A stretch of DNA of 64,000 bases. Origin: Patescibacteria group bacterium (GTDB lineage: Bacteria; Patescibacteriota; Patescibacteriia; Patescibacteriales; UBA12465). The notes beneath the pieces were generated by a model. The model searched no databases. It saw only the letters and a program-made list of their open reading frames with translations, and was not told the origin of the DNA. This document shows positions 46,436-56,381 of this stretch, piece after piece. How positions within the stretch are numbered: the first letter of the stretch is position 1; each line of letters starts with the position of its first letter. The position numbers and the translations under genes were made by a program. The stretch covers positions 36,213 through 100,212 of the forward strand of contig JAQUAK010000001.1 of the NCBI GenBank assembly GCA_028687275.1, read 5' to 3'.

Positions 46436-49069
46436 ATGAGCTTAAAAATATTTAATTTTTTGAAAAAATATAAACTAGTTTTACTAGTTCTTTTAGTTTT
46501 TTCGCTTAGTTTTGTTATCGCTCCATCCTCTTTAGCTGGCACCTTCGGTGATTGGGCGGGGGAAGTGGTGGGCGGTATTATTTATGTCTTTATCTGGACC
46601 CTTGGGCTAGTTTTAATCTTAGTCATGAAGGGCTTATTACTTATCGCCACTTATCAGAATTTTATTAATTCGGGTGCTGTTATAGAAGGTTGGGTGGTGG
46701 TGCGTGATTTGGCCAACATGTTCTTTGTGGTGATTCTCTTAGTTATCGCTTTCGCCACTATTTTACACTTAGAAGAATATAATTATAAGAAATGGCTACC
46801 AAAATTAATTTTGATGGCTGTTTTGATTAATTTTTCTAAAACAATTTGTGGTTTAATGATTGATGTCGCTCAGATTATCATGTTGACCTTTGTTAATGCC
46901 TTTAAGGATGTGGCGGGAGGTAATTTGGTTGATATGCTTGGCATTAAATCAATTGTGACTATCGCTAACGAAAGTGATGACATCGGCTTTTGGGCGATTG
47001 TTGGCGCCTATATTCTAGGTCTGATATATATGATTGTGGCCTTAGTCGTTATTACCACCATGATGATGGTCTTGGTAATGCGCCTAGTCATGATTTGGAT
47101 ATATGTTGTTTTATCGCCTCTAGCTTATCTATTATCAGCTTTTCCTGGTGGACAAAGCTATGCTAAGGAATGGTGGAGCGAGTTTATTAAAAATTTAGTG
47201 GTTGGACCAGTCTTAGCTTTTTTTATTTGGCTCTCCTTTGCCGCCCTACAGACAGGTTCATATAGTACTATTAATGATGTAGTGGGCTCATCAGCAACTT
47301 CAACGGAGGAGTCCTCTGCCTTTGCCAACTCTATTAGTGGTAATGCTAGTGGTTCTAATAAAGCGGGTATGGCGACAGAAGCATCTACTCCTGGCGTTTT
47401 AATTAAATTCGTGATTGGCATTGGCATGTTAATTGGTGGTTTAAAAATTTCTCAACAGATTGGTGGTGCCGCTGGTTCGGTGGCAGGCAAGGGGATGAGT
47501 CAGCTCTCATCTATGGGCGCAGCTACAGCTGGATTTAGTAAGAAATGGGCGGGCAAGATTGTCAGCGGAGATAACATGCTTGCTCGTAAGACAATGAAGG
47601 GTGCTGGCTTTGACTTTAGGCCAACTTCAATCGTTACAGCTATTAAGGCTGGTTATAATAAAACCAAGCAGGATGATAATGATGAGATTAGGACTAAGGG
47701 TGTTAAAAATCTAGATAGAGGAGGATTCAGGGCTGTTTTGGGGGGCGTTGGTGCTGGTCAAGATTGGGCAGATAACTATACTAGTGGATTCTTAGGCTTA
47801 AAGGGAGTGGCCCATGGAATTAGAGAAATGACGGCGCGCCCAATTATGCGTAAAGTGAAAGGTAAGCAATTAGATGAAGAGCAAGCACAGTTGGAAACAT
47901 TAAAAGATGAGAGGGAAACATATATTACCACCAAAGATCATGCGGCCGAGCAAACCTCTATTAATGATAAAAAGAAGGACGTGTCTGCCATGGATAGAGA
48001 TATAAATGATATTAATATACGTATTAGTTCTGGCACTTCACAGGCTGGTGACAGTGAGAAGCTTAAGCAAATGCAAACAAAAAGAGATGAGGTTCAACAG
48101 AGCGTGGATGATAGGCAAAAGAAATTGGACGGTCGTACCGTGGATGATGCTAAATATGATGAGTATAGCGATAAGATTACCGCACAAGAGGCCTCCGTTA
48201 ACAATACTAAGGAGAGTCTTTCTCGTATTGCCACTCCTAAGGCTCTTGAAAGTCGTGGTGAATATCGTAAAATTATTAATGATCGTAAGGCTAAGTATAA
48301 GGATGTTACTAACTCAGACGAATTACTTCAATTATATGAAGACGCAGTTAGAAGAAAGAATAAGTTCGATCAGGTGGCTATTGTGGAGAAGCTTTCTAAT
48401 GACGGCAACTTAAATGAAATTCTAAGAACCAAGGGCTACGCCTCCAATGCTGTCGGCATGGTGTCTTTCTTGAATAATGATAAGAATGAAAAGGGTGAGA
48501 GGAAGGGTCTTAATGCTGGTCTTGGTGGTCAGGAGATTTTGCAATTACAAAATGATTTATCTGAGTCAGAAGAAAGAGTTGGTCATTGGGAAATGGCTAA
48601 AACAGTCGGTGTTAATGCTCATGGTAAGATGGAAAGCTTAGTTAAGAAGAAGACTAGCAATGGCAATGTTGAGAAAGATGCAAATGGTAAAGAGGTTTGG
48701 GATGACGAGCAGCATGTAATTGCGGCTGCATCTGAGGTGGCTAAAATGGATCCACAGAAAGTCGTTATTCAGCTCAATCGCTTAGCTTATGGAGGAGAGG
48801 ATGCTAATGGTAAGTTTAAACTGTCAAATTTAGGTAAAGTTTTGGTTAAAATGCTTGATCAAAATGGTACTTTTAAGGCACAGGAAGGTAGAATAAATCA
48901 AAATATTGCTGTTAACTTAACCTCAGGTGATACTTTGGATGAACTTATAAAGATGGGTATTAGCAAGATTAGTTTGGATTCTTTGCAAAAGAGAGGCAAC
49001 CCTGATGGTCAATCTTTAGATCCGGCTATTATTATTGATGCCTTAAAAAAAGCCGGTTATATTTCATAA
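46436..49069 (+). CDS. VirB6/TrbL-like polytopic membrane protein with a ~500-aa soluble charged (coiled-coil-looking) C-terminal extension
   Basis: Signal/anchor plus about 6-7 TM helices in aa 1-350, with the loose VirB6/TrbL pattern ('FFVVILLVIAFATIL', 'LMIDVAQIIMLTFVNAF', 'MVLVMRLVMIWIYVVLSPLAYLLSAFPG'). The C-terminal half is rich in K/E/D/Q heptad-like sequence. Confidence 0.6.
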   Translation: MSLKIFNFLKKYKLVLLVLLVFSLSFVIAPSSLAGTFGDWAGEVVGGIIYVFIWTLGLVLILVMKGLLLIATYQNFINSGAVIEGWVVVRDLANMFFVVILLVIAFATILHLEEYNYKKWLPKLILMAVLINFSKTICGLMIDVAQIIMLTFVNAFKDVAGGNLVDMLGIKSIVTIANESDDIGFWAIVGAYILGLIYMIVALVVITTMMMVLVMRLVMIWIYVVLSPLAYLLSAFPGGQSYAKEWWSEFIKNLVVGPVLAFFIWLSFAALQTGSYSTINDVVGSSATSTEESSAFANSISGNASGSNKAGMATEASTPGVLIKFVIGIGMLIGGLKISQQIGGAAGSVAGKGMSQLSSMGAATAGFSKKWAGKIVSGDNMLARKTMKGAGFDFRPTSIVTAIKAGYNKTKQDDNDEIRTKGVKNLDRGGFRAVLGGVGAGQDWADNYTSGFLGLKGVAHGIREMTARPIMRKVKGKQLDEEQAQLETLKDERETYITTKDHAAEQTSINDKKKDVSAMDRDINDINIRISSGTSQAGDSEKLKQMQTKRDEVQQSVDDRQKKLDGRTVDDAKYDEYSDKITAQEASVNNTKESLSRIATPKALESRGEYRKIINDRKAKYKDVTNSDELLQLYEDAVRRKNKFDQVAIVEKLSNDGNLNEILRTKGYASNAVGMVSFLNNDKNEKGERKGLNAGLGGQEILQLQNDLSESEERVGHWEMAKTVGVNAHGKMESLVKKKTSNGNVEKDANGKEVWDDEQHVIAAASEVAKMDPQKVVIQLNRLAYGGEDANGKFKLSNLGKVLVKMLDQNGTFKAQEGRINQNIAVNLTSGDTLDELIKMGISKISLDSLQKRGNPDGQSLDPAIIIDALKKAGYIS

Positions 49070-49072
49070 CTT

Positions 49073-50041
49073 ATGTCTATAATTGATAATCTACAAAATC
49101 CAGAATTAATTCAAAGCTTAGATGGCTTATCTAAGATGATTTTTGAACAGGACTTAATAGTTGAGGCAGGAGAATTAATAGATACTATTAATGATATTAA
49201 TAGGCGTAATCCTGAATTAAAAAGAGAGGCTCCTAAGTTGTATGACATTTATCAAACTTACTTAGCTAAGGCTAAATTTGTTTACTTGCCGAAATTAGGG
49301 GAGATTGATATTCTGGAGTTAATGGAAAAACATTTTCAGCTTATTTTCGATGAGCCGCTGTTTGATATCTATGAAAAAATCAAGGATTATTTGAAGGGAG
49401 TGGATAGCTTAGAGGCGCGAGATGAATTTAAAAAGAAGGTTAGAGATGCGCTATTAAAAAATAATTATAAGATTGGTGAAAATAAGATTAAACTTGGCTC
49501 TTTAATGCAAGAACCACGTATCTCAAACTGGTTGAAAGATTATTATGCTAAATTAGGTATTGATAGAGTCGATACTTTAGCCTCTAACCAGTATTTAGTT
49601 AATGATGTTAACTCTAAAAACTTAAGTGATGAAGATAGGTCAAAAATTAAAATACTAGTTTCTTTTTTTGAAAAATTAAAGAGATCTTCTGGCGATCGTG
49701 GTGGCCTAGAGGAGAGCTTTGTAGCTATATTGCCAGATAATAAAGTTGGTATTATTGATGGCGGTGTACCTAGAAAAATAGATCAGAGCTTAGAGCATAT
49801 CATTGAAGATATTATGGCTAATGAGAGTAACAATAACATTGATGATGATTTTTTTATTGAAACTGATGACGTCAACCTATCATCAGAGACGGCTCCTATA
49901 AAGGAGCCAAATAATACACCTCTTATGGTTCTGTCTTCAGCTTTAGAAAATTATTCTCCTTCTTCTTTAGAATATAAAGCTATTAAACAAGAAATTGCTC
50001 GTTTACGTAAACAGAAAAATAATGATGAACAAGAAAAATAA
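49073..50041 (+). CDS. Hypothetical soluble protein (T4SS-like block 1)
   Basis: Begins 3 nt after the VirB6-like stop. Ordinary composition with an acidic/polar C-terminal third. No motif recognised. Confidence 0.5.
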   Translation: MSIIDNLQNPELIQSLDGLSKMIFEQDLIVEAGELIDTINDINRRNPELKREAPKLYDIYQTYLAKAKFVYLPKLGEIDILELMEKHFQLIFDEPLFDIYEKIKDYLKGVDSLEARDEFKKKVRDALLKNNYKIGENKIKLGSLMQEPRISNWLKDYYAKLGIDRVDTLASNQYLVNDVNSKNLSDEDRSKIKILVSFFEKLKRSSGDRGGLEESFVAILPDNKVGIIDGGVPRKIDQSLEHIIEDIMANESNNNIDDDFFIETDDVNLSSETAPIKEPNNTPLMVLSSALENYSPSSLEYKAIKQEIARLRKQKNNDEQEK

Positions 50042-50981
50042 GGCAGTCGTAGTGGTGGCGGGCTCAATTGCCTTTGATGTAGTGATGAATTTTCCTGGAC
50101 GTTTCTCAGCTCATATTATTCCTGGAAAAATTCATGATCTTAGTCTCAGCTTCGTCCTCAACCGTCTCACGCCCGGCTTCGGGGGTACTGCTGGTAATAT
50201 CGCCTATAATTTAGCGCTCCTAGAAGAGCGCTCATCTATTTTAACAGCCGTTGGTGCTGATTTTTTAAGTTACAGAAAACATTTATCTGATATGGGTGTT
50301 GATTTAAAGGCAGTTACAGTGGATGATAAAAATACTTGTGCGTCTGCTTTTATTATCACTGACTCAGCTGATAATCAAATTTCTGGTTTTTATCCCGGAT
50401 CTGAGGCTTTAGCTAAATTTAAGGTTCTTGATAAAACTGAAATTTCTTATTTAATAATTTCTCCAGATAATAAAAAGAGGATGATGGCTGCTCAAAAGTG
50501 GGCTAAGAAAAGAAAAATAAAATATATCTTTGACCCTGGTCAGCAAGTTGTTAATTTTAATCAAGAGGAGTTAGAGTTAATGATTAGCGGAGCTGAAATT
50601 GTAATTGGTAATGATTATGAGATTGAAATTATTAAACAAACTTTAAAATTGAAGTCAGTTAATTTAATTAACTCTGCCAAAAGCTTAATTATTACTAAAG
50701 GTTCTCAAGGTTCGGAAATAGTGACACAGGGTAAGCATACTTTAATTCCGGCTGTAAATACTGATAAAGCGCTTGATCCTACTGGCGCTGGCGATGCCTA
50801 TCGAGCCGGCTTGATTAAGGGTTTGTCTTTAAATTTAGATTTAAAACAGGCGGCTTATTTAGCTTCGGCGGTGGCAGTGTATGCGGTTGAAAAAAAGGGA
50901 ACCCAAAATCATAAATTTACTTTAAATACTCTAAGAAAACGTCTTAAAAGTAATTTTAATATTAGCTTAGAATTAACTTGA
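50022..50981 (+). CDS. adoK: PfkB-family kinase, probable adenosine kinase (mycobacterial AdoK-like)
   Basis: 'AGSIAFDVVMNFPGRFSAHIIPGKIHDLSLSF' closely parallels my recollection of the M. tuberculosis AdoK N-terminus. PfkB signature 'DPTGAGDAYRAG'. Sits next to ahcY and metK. Start taken at the internal ATG pair (MMNKKNK); the track start at 49995 lies deep inside the previous gene. Confidence 0.65.
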   Translation: MMNKKNKAVVVVAGSIAFDVVMNFPGRFSAHIIPGKIHDLSLSFVLNRLTPGFGGTAGNIAYNLALLEERSSILTAVGADFLSYRKHLSDMGVDLKAVTVDDKNTCASAFIITDSADNQISGFYPGSEALAKFKVLDKTEISYLIISPDNKKRMMAAQKWAKKRKIKYIFDPGQQVVNFNQEELELMISGAEIVIGNDYEIEIIKQTLKLKSVNLINSAKSLIITKGSQGSEIVTQGKHTLIPAVNTDKALDPTGAGDAYRAGLIKGLSLNLDLKQAAYLASAVAVYAVEKKGTQNHKFTLNTLRKRLKSNFNISLELT

Positions 50982-51009
50982 CGGACGGCGTCGATGCGAT
51001 TAAAATAAT

Positions 51010-52272
51010 ATGAATATGAAAATAAATTACGATATCACAGACATCAAGCTAGCTGAGGCTGGTAAGAAAAAGATTGAATGGGCAGAACGGGACATGCCTG
51101 TTTTAGCTAGTATTAATAAAGAAGTACTAAAAAACAAGCCGCTTAAGGGTATTAAAATTGCCGCTTGTTTGCATGTAACGGCAGAAACAGCTAATTTAAT
51201 GCGTGTTTTTAAGTCGGCTGGAGCTGAGGTTCTTTTAGTTGCTTCTAATCCTTTATCAACTCAAGATGAAGTGGCGGCAGCTTTAGTAAAATATTATCAA
51301 ATCTCTGTTTTTGCTCGTCATGGTGAAAATCGTGATATTTATTATCGCCATTTAAAGGCCGCTCTTAATGCTCATCCACACATCACTTTAGATGACGGGG
51401 CGGATTTAGTTTCCTTGCTCCATCATGATTATAAAGAACAAGCTGGGGAGATTATCGCTAGCTTAGAAGAAACAACTACGGGTGTTATTCGTCTACGGGC
51501 TTTGGATAAATCAGGTAAACTTTTATTGCCAGTAGTAGCGGTTAATGATGCTAAGACTAAGCACATGTTTGATAATCGTTATGGTACTGGTCAATCGACT
51601 CTGGATGGCATTATTCGGGCAACTAATATGCTAATTGCTGGCAAGACAGTTGTCGCTGCTGGCTATGGATGGTGTGGTCGTGGTTTTGCTAATAGGGCTC
51701 GTGGTTTAGGCGCTAAAGTTATTGTGACTGAGGTAGATGAAATTAAAGCTTTAGAAGCGGCTATGGATGGCTTTGAGGTGATGCCTATGAAGGAAGCGGC
51801 TAAGGCAGCTGATTTAATCTGTACTTTAACTGGAGATTTACATGTGATTGATAAAGAACACTTTAAATTAATGAAGGACGGGGCGATGGTTTGTAATTCT
51901 GGACATTTTGACGTAGAGATAAATTTAGAAGCTCTTAAAAAAATGTCTACTCAAGTACGTTCAGTGCGTCCTCATGTAGATGAATATCTAGTTCAGGGAA
52001 AGAAAATATATGTTTTGGCTGAGGGGCGTTTAGTAAATTTAGCGGCCGCCGAAGGACATCCGGCTAGTGTTATGGATATGAGCTTTGCTACCCAAGCTTT
52101 AAGCGCTTTAGCAGCGGTTAAGAAGGGAAGGTTAAATCCAGGAGTGTATGAAGTATCTGAGGCAATTGAAAATAAGATTGCTCATATTAAGTTAAAGTCC
52201 ATGGGCATGTCGATTGATAAGTTGACGGCCGAGCAAGAGAATTACTTAAATTCTTGGGAAGCAGGAACTTAA
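51010..52272 (+). CDS. ahcY: S-adenosyl-L-homocysteine hydrolase
   Basis: 'LEETTTGV', NAD-binding '[26 protein letters not shown]', 'GHFDVEI', '[16 protein letters not shown]'. Confidence 0.95.
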   Translation: MNMKINYDITDIKLAEAGKKKIEWAERDMPVLASINKEVLKNKPLKGIKIAACLHVTAETANLMRVFKSAGAEVLLVASNPLSTQDEVAAALVKYYQISVFARHGENRDIYYRHLKAALNAHPHITLDDGADLVSLLHHDYKEQAGEIIASLEETTTGVIRLRALDKSGKLLLPVVAVNDAKTKHMFDNRYGTGQSTLDGIIRATNMLIAGKTVVAAGYGWCGRGFANRARGLGAKVIVTEVDEIKALEAAMDGFEVMPMKEAAKAADLICTLTGDLHVIDKEHFKLMKDGAMVCNSGHFDVEINLEALKKMSTQVRSVRPHVDEYLVQGKKIYVLAEGRLVNLAAAEGHPASVMDMSFATQALSALAAVKKGRLNPGVYEVSEAIENKIAHIKLKSMGMSIDKLTAEQENYLNSWEAGT

Positions 52273-52341
52273 TATTTGTATTGATTTTTGTAGCTTTTTA
52301 CAATATATGTTGTAATTATGTACAACTAAATTATAGAATTT

Positions 52342-53505
52342 ATGTCTGAAAATAATATTAAATTAATAACTTCTGAATCAGTAACCGAAGGTCATCCTGA
52401 TAAGATTTGTGATCAAATCAGTGATGGTATTTTAGATGAGATGTTAGCTACTGACCCTGACAGTCGCGCGGCAATAGAATGTTTTTGCACTAACGGTTTA
52501 GTGGTTGTCGGCGGTGAGGTTAGTACTAAGAATTATGTAAATATTGACTCAACCGTTAGAAGAATTTTAAAAGACATTGGTTATAATTCACCTGATTCTG
52601 GTTTCGATTGTGATAATGTAGGAATCATGTCGGCTCTACATGAACAAAGCCCAGAAATTTCTCAGGGTGTAAGTGAGGGGATGGGAGAGCATTTAGATCA
52701 AGGAGCTGGCGATCAAGGTTTGATGTATGGTTATGCCGATAACGAAACATCTGAATTCATGCCCTTGCCAATCACTTTAGCTCATCGCTTAACTAGTCGT
52801 TTAGCCGAGCTGCGTAAAAATGGGGAATTGGCATATCTACGTCCAGATGGTAAAAGTCAGGTTACCGTTGAGTATCATGACGATAAAGCTAAACGAGTTG
52901 AAACAGTGGTGATAGCCGCTTGTCATCAATCAAACATAAGTTTAGAACAAGTACGGGCTGATATCTTAGCTAGAGTAATTAAACCGGTACTTGGTGATTT
53001 GTTGGATGAACAAACTAAAGTATTTATTAACTCTACCGGCGTCTTTACTTTGGGCGGACCGGCCGCTGATACCGGCTTAACTGGAAGAAAGATTATTGTT
53101 GATACTTATGGTGGCTTAGCTCGTCATGGCGGTGGTTGTTTTTCTGGTAAAGATGCATCTAAGGTTGATCGTAGTGGTGCTTATATGGCTCGCTACGTCG
53201 CTAAAAATATTGTTGCTGCTGGATTAGCGGATAAATGTGAATTGCAAATTGCTTATGCCATTGGCGTGGCTGAGCCAGTAGGCATATATATTGAAACTTT
53301 TGGCACTAACAAGATTGAAGAACTCAAAATCTTAGAGGCGGTTAAGGAGAATTTTGATTTTAGACCAAAAGCAATTATTGAAAAATTATCTTTAAAGAAA
53401 CCAATATATTTACAAACAGCTGCTTACGGACATTTTGGTCGTCCAGAGTTTACTTGGGAGCAGACGGATAAGATTAAAATATTACAAGCCTATTTACAAG
53501 AGTAA
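52342..53505 (+). CDS. metK: S-adenosylmethionine synthase
   Basis: '[18 protein letters not shown]', '[12 protein letters not shown]', '[16 protein letters not shown]'. Confidence 0.96.
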   Translation: MSENNIKLITSESVTEGHPDKICDQISDGILDEMLATDPDSRAAIECFCTNGLVVVGGEVSTKNYVNIDSTVRRILKDIGYNSPDSGFDCDNVGIMSALHEQSPEISQGVSEGMGEHLDQGAGDQGLMYGYADNETSEFMPLPITLAHRLTSRLAELRKNGELAYLRPDGKSQVTVEYHDDKAKRVETVVIAACHQSNISLEQVRADILARVIKPVLGDLLDEQTKVFINSTGVFTLGGPAADTGLTGRKIIVDTYGGLARHGGGCFSGKDASKVDRSGAYMARYVAKNIVAAGLADKCELQIAYAIGVAEPVGIYIETFGTNKIEELKILEAVKENFDFRPKAIIEKLSLKKPIYLQTAAYGHFGRPEFTWEQTDKIKILQAYLQE

Positions 53506-53509
53506 TAAT

Positions 53510-53536
53510 AAACGCGGTTTTTAGCCGCGTTTTTTG
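53510..53536 (+). terminator. Rho-independent terminator after metK
   Basis: ACGCGG (53512-53517) / CCGCGT (53525-53530) stem, then TTTTTT. Confidence 0.65.
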
Positions 53537-53548
53537 TTCTGATTAATT

Positions 53549-53962
53549 ATGAAAACAGTTTTAGCCTCTGGCACTTTTGATCTTTTTCATCCCGGGCATG
53601 CCGCTTATTTACAACAAGCAGCCACTTTGGGGGATTATTTGATTGTAGTAGTAGCTCGTGATGTTAATGTCCAAAAAATTAAGAATAAACAGGCTGGACA
53701 GGGGGAAGAGATAAGGAGAAAAAAAATTAATGACTTCTTAACATCATCTTCCTTGCCAGGCAGGGCAGTTCTCGGGTTTAAGGGAGAGCGCTTAGCTGTT
53801 ATTAAAAAGTATAAACCAGATATTATTGCTCTTGGTTATGATCAGTCGGTCAGTGAAAAAAAATTGCAGGCGGAAATAGAATTATTAGGTTTAAAAACAA
53901 AAATTAAACGTCTTAAATCGCATTATCCAGAAAAGTATAAGACTAGCTTAATGATAAATTAA
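53549..53962 (+). CDS. Cytidylyltransferase-fold nucleotidyltransferase (RibL-type FMN adenylyltransferase-like)
   Basis: 'GTFDLFHPGH' (the HxGH nucleotidyltransferase motif) at the N-terminus. 137 aa. Confidence 0.65.
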   Translation: MKTVLASGTFDLFHPGHAAYLQQAATLGDYLIVVVARDVNVQKIKNKQAGQGEEIRRKKINDFLTSSSLPGRAVLGFKGERLAVIKKYKPDIIALGYDQSVSEKKLQAEIELLGLKTKIKRLKSHYPEKYKTSLMIN

Positions 53963-54156
53963 TTAAAAAAATAAAATTTATTTTTAATTTTAATGAGCTA
54001 AAAAGTTTAGATGAAAATAATAGTGAAAAAGTACCAGCAACCAAAGTGGTGGTTGAACTTTTTCGCCATAGTTTTAAGGAAAACGACGATATTGAATGGG
54101 CTTATTTTAAGAAGAAATTTTATATCACACAGAGTAGTTCGATTACAACCCTTTAA
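53947..54156 (+). pseudogene. 70-codon open frame without an ATG/TTG start (only an internal GTG); possible gene remnant or non-canonically initiated small gene
   Basis: My translation: LNDKLIKKIKFIFNFNELKSLDENNSEKVPATKVVVELFRHSFKENDDIEWAYFKKKFYITQSSSITTL*. Protein-like composition, followed by a hairpin terminator at 54181-54204. Confidence 0.25.
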
Positions 54157-54180
54157 GCTAAGTAGTAATGCACTTTATTG

Positions 54181-54204
54181 ACCGTCTCTTTTAAGGCGGT
54201 TTTT
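54181..54204 (+). terminator. Rho-independent terminator
   Basis: ACCGTC / GGCGGT stem (one G-T wobble), 8-nt loop, then TTTTT. Confidence 0.5.
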
Positions 54205-54240
54205 AATTGTTTTTTAGATTTTTTTCAGCCTTTTCTCGCT

Positions 54241-54269
54241 TTCCAATTTTAGGGAAAATATGCTAAAAT
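54241..54269 (+). promoter_or_regulatory. Candidate promoter for T4SS-like block 2 (TTCCAA-17 bp-TAAAAT with extended TG)
   Basis: TTCCAA at 54241-54246, TG at 54261-54262, TAAAAT at 54264-54269, about 58 nt upstream of ATG54328. Confidence 0.4.
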
Positions 54270-54327
54270 GGAGATAATGTCTGTAGTGGATTTTTTAATT
54301 TATATATTTTGATTTTTTCTCGCTTGA

Positions 54328-55941
54328 ATGTTCGATTATTTGCAACAATTTAATAAATTACCTAAAGAATTAAGAGAAAAAGTATCTTCACCGGCGGCGA
54401 TGGACGTTTTGTCGTCTTTAGAGAGTAAATATCAGGTTAATCTAGCCATGTTAGTGATGCAGATAATGGTAAAACAGGTTTTAATGAAAGACTTAACTGC
54501 TTATCTGATTACAGAAATGTCTTTAAGTTCAGAGCAGGCTCAGTCTCTAAATCAGGAATTACAAGAGAAAATATTATTTTCAGTCGCAACTTATCTTGGT
54601 TTAAAAATCGCGCCACCTTTAAGTCCAGAGGATAAAGAGTTAGAGCAGTTAATGAAGGATAATGCAATTATTCTACCAAGTTCAGATTTAATGAGTCGTT
54701 GCCGTCAGATTATCTTGACTTATCGCAAGGGGGTAAGAACGAAGATGGACACTAGGGCGGCTTTAGAACGTAATATTAATCAAGGCGGTTTGGGTTTAGA
54801 TGCGGTAACGGCTGAGAGATTATTACGCGCCCTAGATTTACCAGTTAAACCTCAGTTACCAGTAGCAGAAATGCCCAAGGCATCAGCTGAATTGAGTAAC
54901 TTAATTGATCAACAAGAAGGAGCTGCCTATAATTTAAAATCAGCTATTGCTAGCGGTCAGATAAAAACTCCACCGGCACTGGTTAATAAGTTTAAACAGA
55001 CTGTATTAGATACTAAGCACGAAATTGAGGCGACTGAAGATGAATTAGAAATTGCTGCGCCTAAGCCTAGGCTTTTATTGCAAGAAGAAAAAGATAATAC
55101 TCCAGAAAAAACAGTTAAGCCAAATGATGATGTTAAAACTCAGCTTGAGTCAGAAAAGGATCTCAAATCTATTAATCCAGAGGCTCAGACTGAAGTTAAA
55201 ATTTTAGAGCCAAGTATCCCTAGTGTTCCGATTACTCCAATTGTTACGCATGATTCTGAGCCGGCAAGACCCTTGTCTTCAGGTATTGATAGTGAGACTG
55301 ATGAAGACAGAGCAGCTAAGTTCGCTGTCGCTACTAATGCTAAACTCAAGACCGAAAGCATCGAGGCTTTAAAGCCGGTAGCTGCTACTAATACCAATTT
55401 TAAGAAAGAACCTTCGGAGCTATCTGGCTTATGGGCTAAATTATTCAAAGAAAAAGCGTCGGTGGCGATGGCTGCAAAAAATAAAGCTAATTCTTTATCC
55501 AGTAATCATTTAGAAGAGGCGGTTAGGGAAGCGGTTCAAGCATCTACTCAATCTTCGCGTCCAGCAGCGAGTAGTGATTCTCGCACACGCATAGAGGATG
55601 TAAAGTTTCGTCCAAAAGTAATGGGTCCTTTAGAGGAATTGCGCTATTTGGATTTAGTAAATTTTCGCCGTTTAGGTGCTACCCCTAAAGACATCACCAC
55701 TAAGATTGTTAATAAGATTCATTTATTAGAGAAAGATGGTTATGATCGTATGGTTGAGGGTGTAAAAGCTTGGCGTCAGAGTCCGGTTAATCGTTTATAT
55801 ATACGTTTAGCTCAGGAGGCAGTGGTTAGTGGCCTAACTTTAAAAGAGGCAGTGGCTAAGAGACAGGCTGATCAGAAAGAAAGTTTAAGTATGGCGGAGC
55901 TGGAAGCGATTGTAGCCATGAATAATCAATTAATGTTCTAA
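54328..55941 (+). CDS. Hypothetical protein (helical N-domain, long low-complexity linker, conserved-looking C-domain), first gene of T4SS-like block 2
   Basis: Long ORF ending 1 nt before the PrgI-like gene. The middle ~200 aa are P/E/K/T/A-rich. No TM helix and no recognised motif. Confidence 0.5.
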   Translation: MFDYLQQFNKLPKELREKVSSPAAMDVLSSLESKYQVNLAMLVMQIMVKQVLMKDLTAYLITEMSLSSEQAQSLNQELQEKILFSVATYLGLKIAPPLSPEDKELEQLMKDNAIILPSSDLMSRCRQIILTYRKGVRTKMDTRAALERNINQGGLGLDAVTAERLLRALDLPVKPQLPVAEMPKASAELSNLIDQQEGAAYNLKSAIASGQIKTPPALVNKFKQTVLDTKHEIEATEDELEIAAPKPRLLLQEEKDNTPEKTVKPNDDVKTQLESEKDLKSINPEAQTEVKILEPSIPSVPITPIVTHDSEPARPLSSGIDSETDEDRAAKFAVATNAKLKTESIEALKPVAATNTNFKKEPSELSGLWAKLFKEKASVAMAAKNKANSLSSNHLEEAVREAVQASTQSSRPAASSDSRTRIEDVKFRPKVMGPLEELRYLDLVNFRRLGATPKDITTKIVNKIHLLEKDGYDRMVEGVKAWRQSPVNRLYIRLAQEAVVSGLTLKEAVAKRQADQKESLSMAELEAIVAMNNQLMF

Positions 55942-55942
55942 T

Positions 55943-56377
55943 ATGCAACAGTTTACCGTTCCACAATTTATTGATGTTGAAAGCAAGATCATCGGACCAA
56001 TTACGACGAGACAGTTTTTGATTTTTCTGGGTGCGGCTATTATTATTGGTATTAGTTATAAAATTTTTGATTTTGCTTTGTTTCTAACCGTAGCTATTGT
56101 TATCTTTGCCGTTGCCGGAACTTTTGCTTTTTTAAAAATTAATGGCAGACCCTTTCATTTCTTCGTTTTAAATTTAATTCAAACTTGGCGTCGTCCTAAT
56201 TTACGTGTCTGGAATCATATTTTGGGTTTTGTGGATAGTCCCGATGCGGTTATTGTAATTAAAGAAGAAAAACAAATCCCCACTAAAGAAGTATTTAAAT
56301 CTTCACATTTAGCGGATTTGGCTTTGGTGGTTGACACTAAAGGCCGTTATCGTGGTGGTGATGATGAACAAGTTTAA
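55943..56377 (+). CDS. PrgI-family (VirB3-like) small T4SS membrane protein
   Basis: N-terminal 'FTVPQFIDVESKIIGPITTRQFLIFLGAAIIIGISY' followed by a second TM matches the PrgI-family pattern as I recall it. Positioned just upstream of the VirB4-like gene. Confidence 0.6.
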   Translation: MQQFTVPQFIDVESKIIGPITTRQFLIFLGAAIIIGISYKIFDFALFLTVAIVIFAVAGTFAFLKINGRPFHFFVLNLIQTWRRPNLRVWNHILGFVDSPDAVIVIKEEKQIPTKEVFKSSHLADLALVVDTKGRYRGGDDEQV

Positions 56378-56381
56378 TTTT

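Noticed and set aside
48006-48413. 135-aa plus-strand ORF inside the VirB6-like gene; also 47158-47427 (-), 45877-46074 (-) and 46141-46329 (-)
   Set aside because: They are out of frame or antisense within longer coherent ORFs, with no start context or independent signals.
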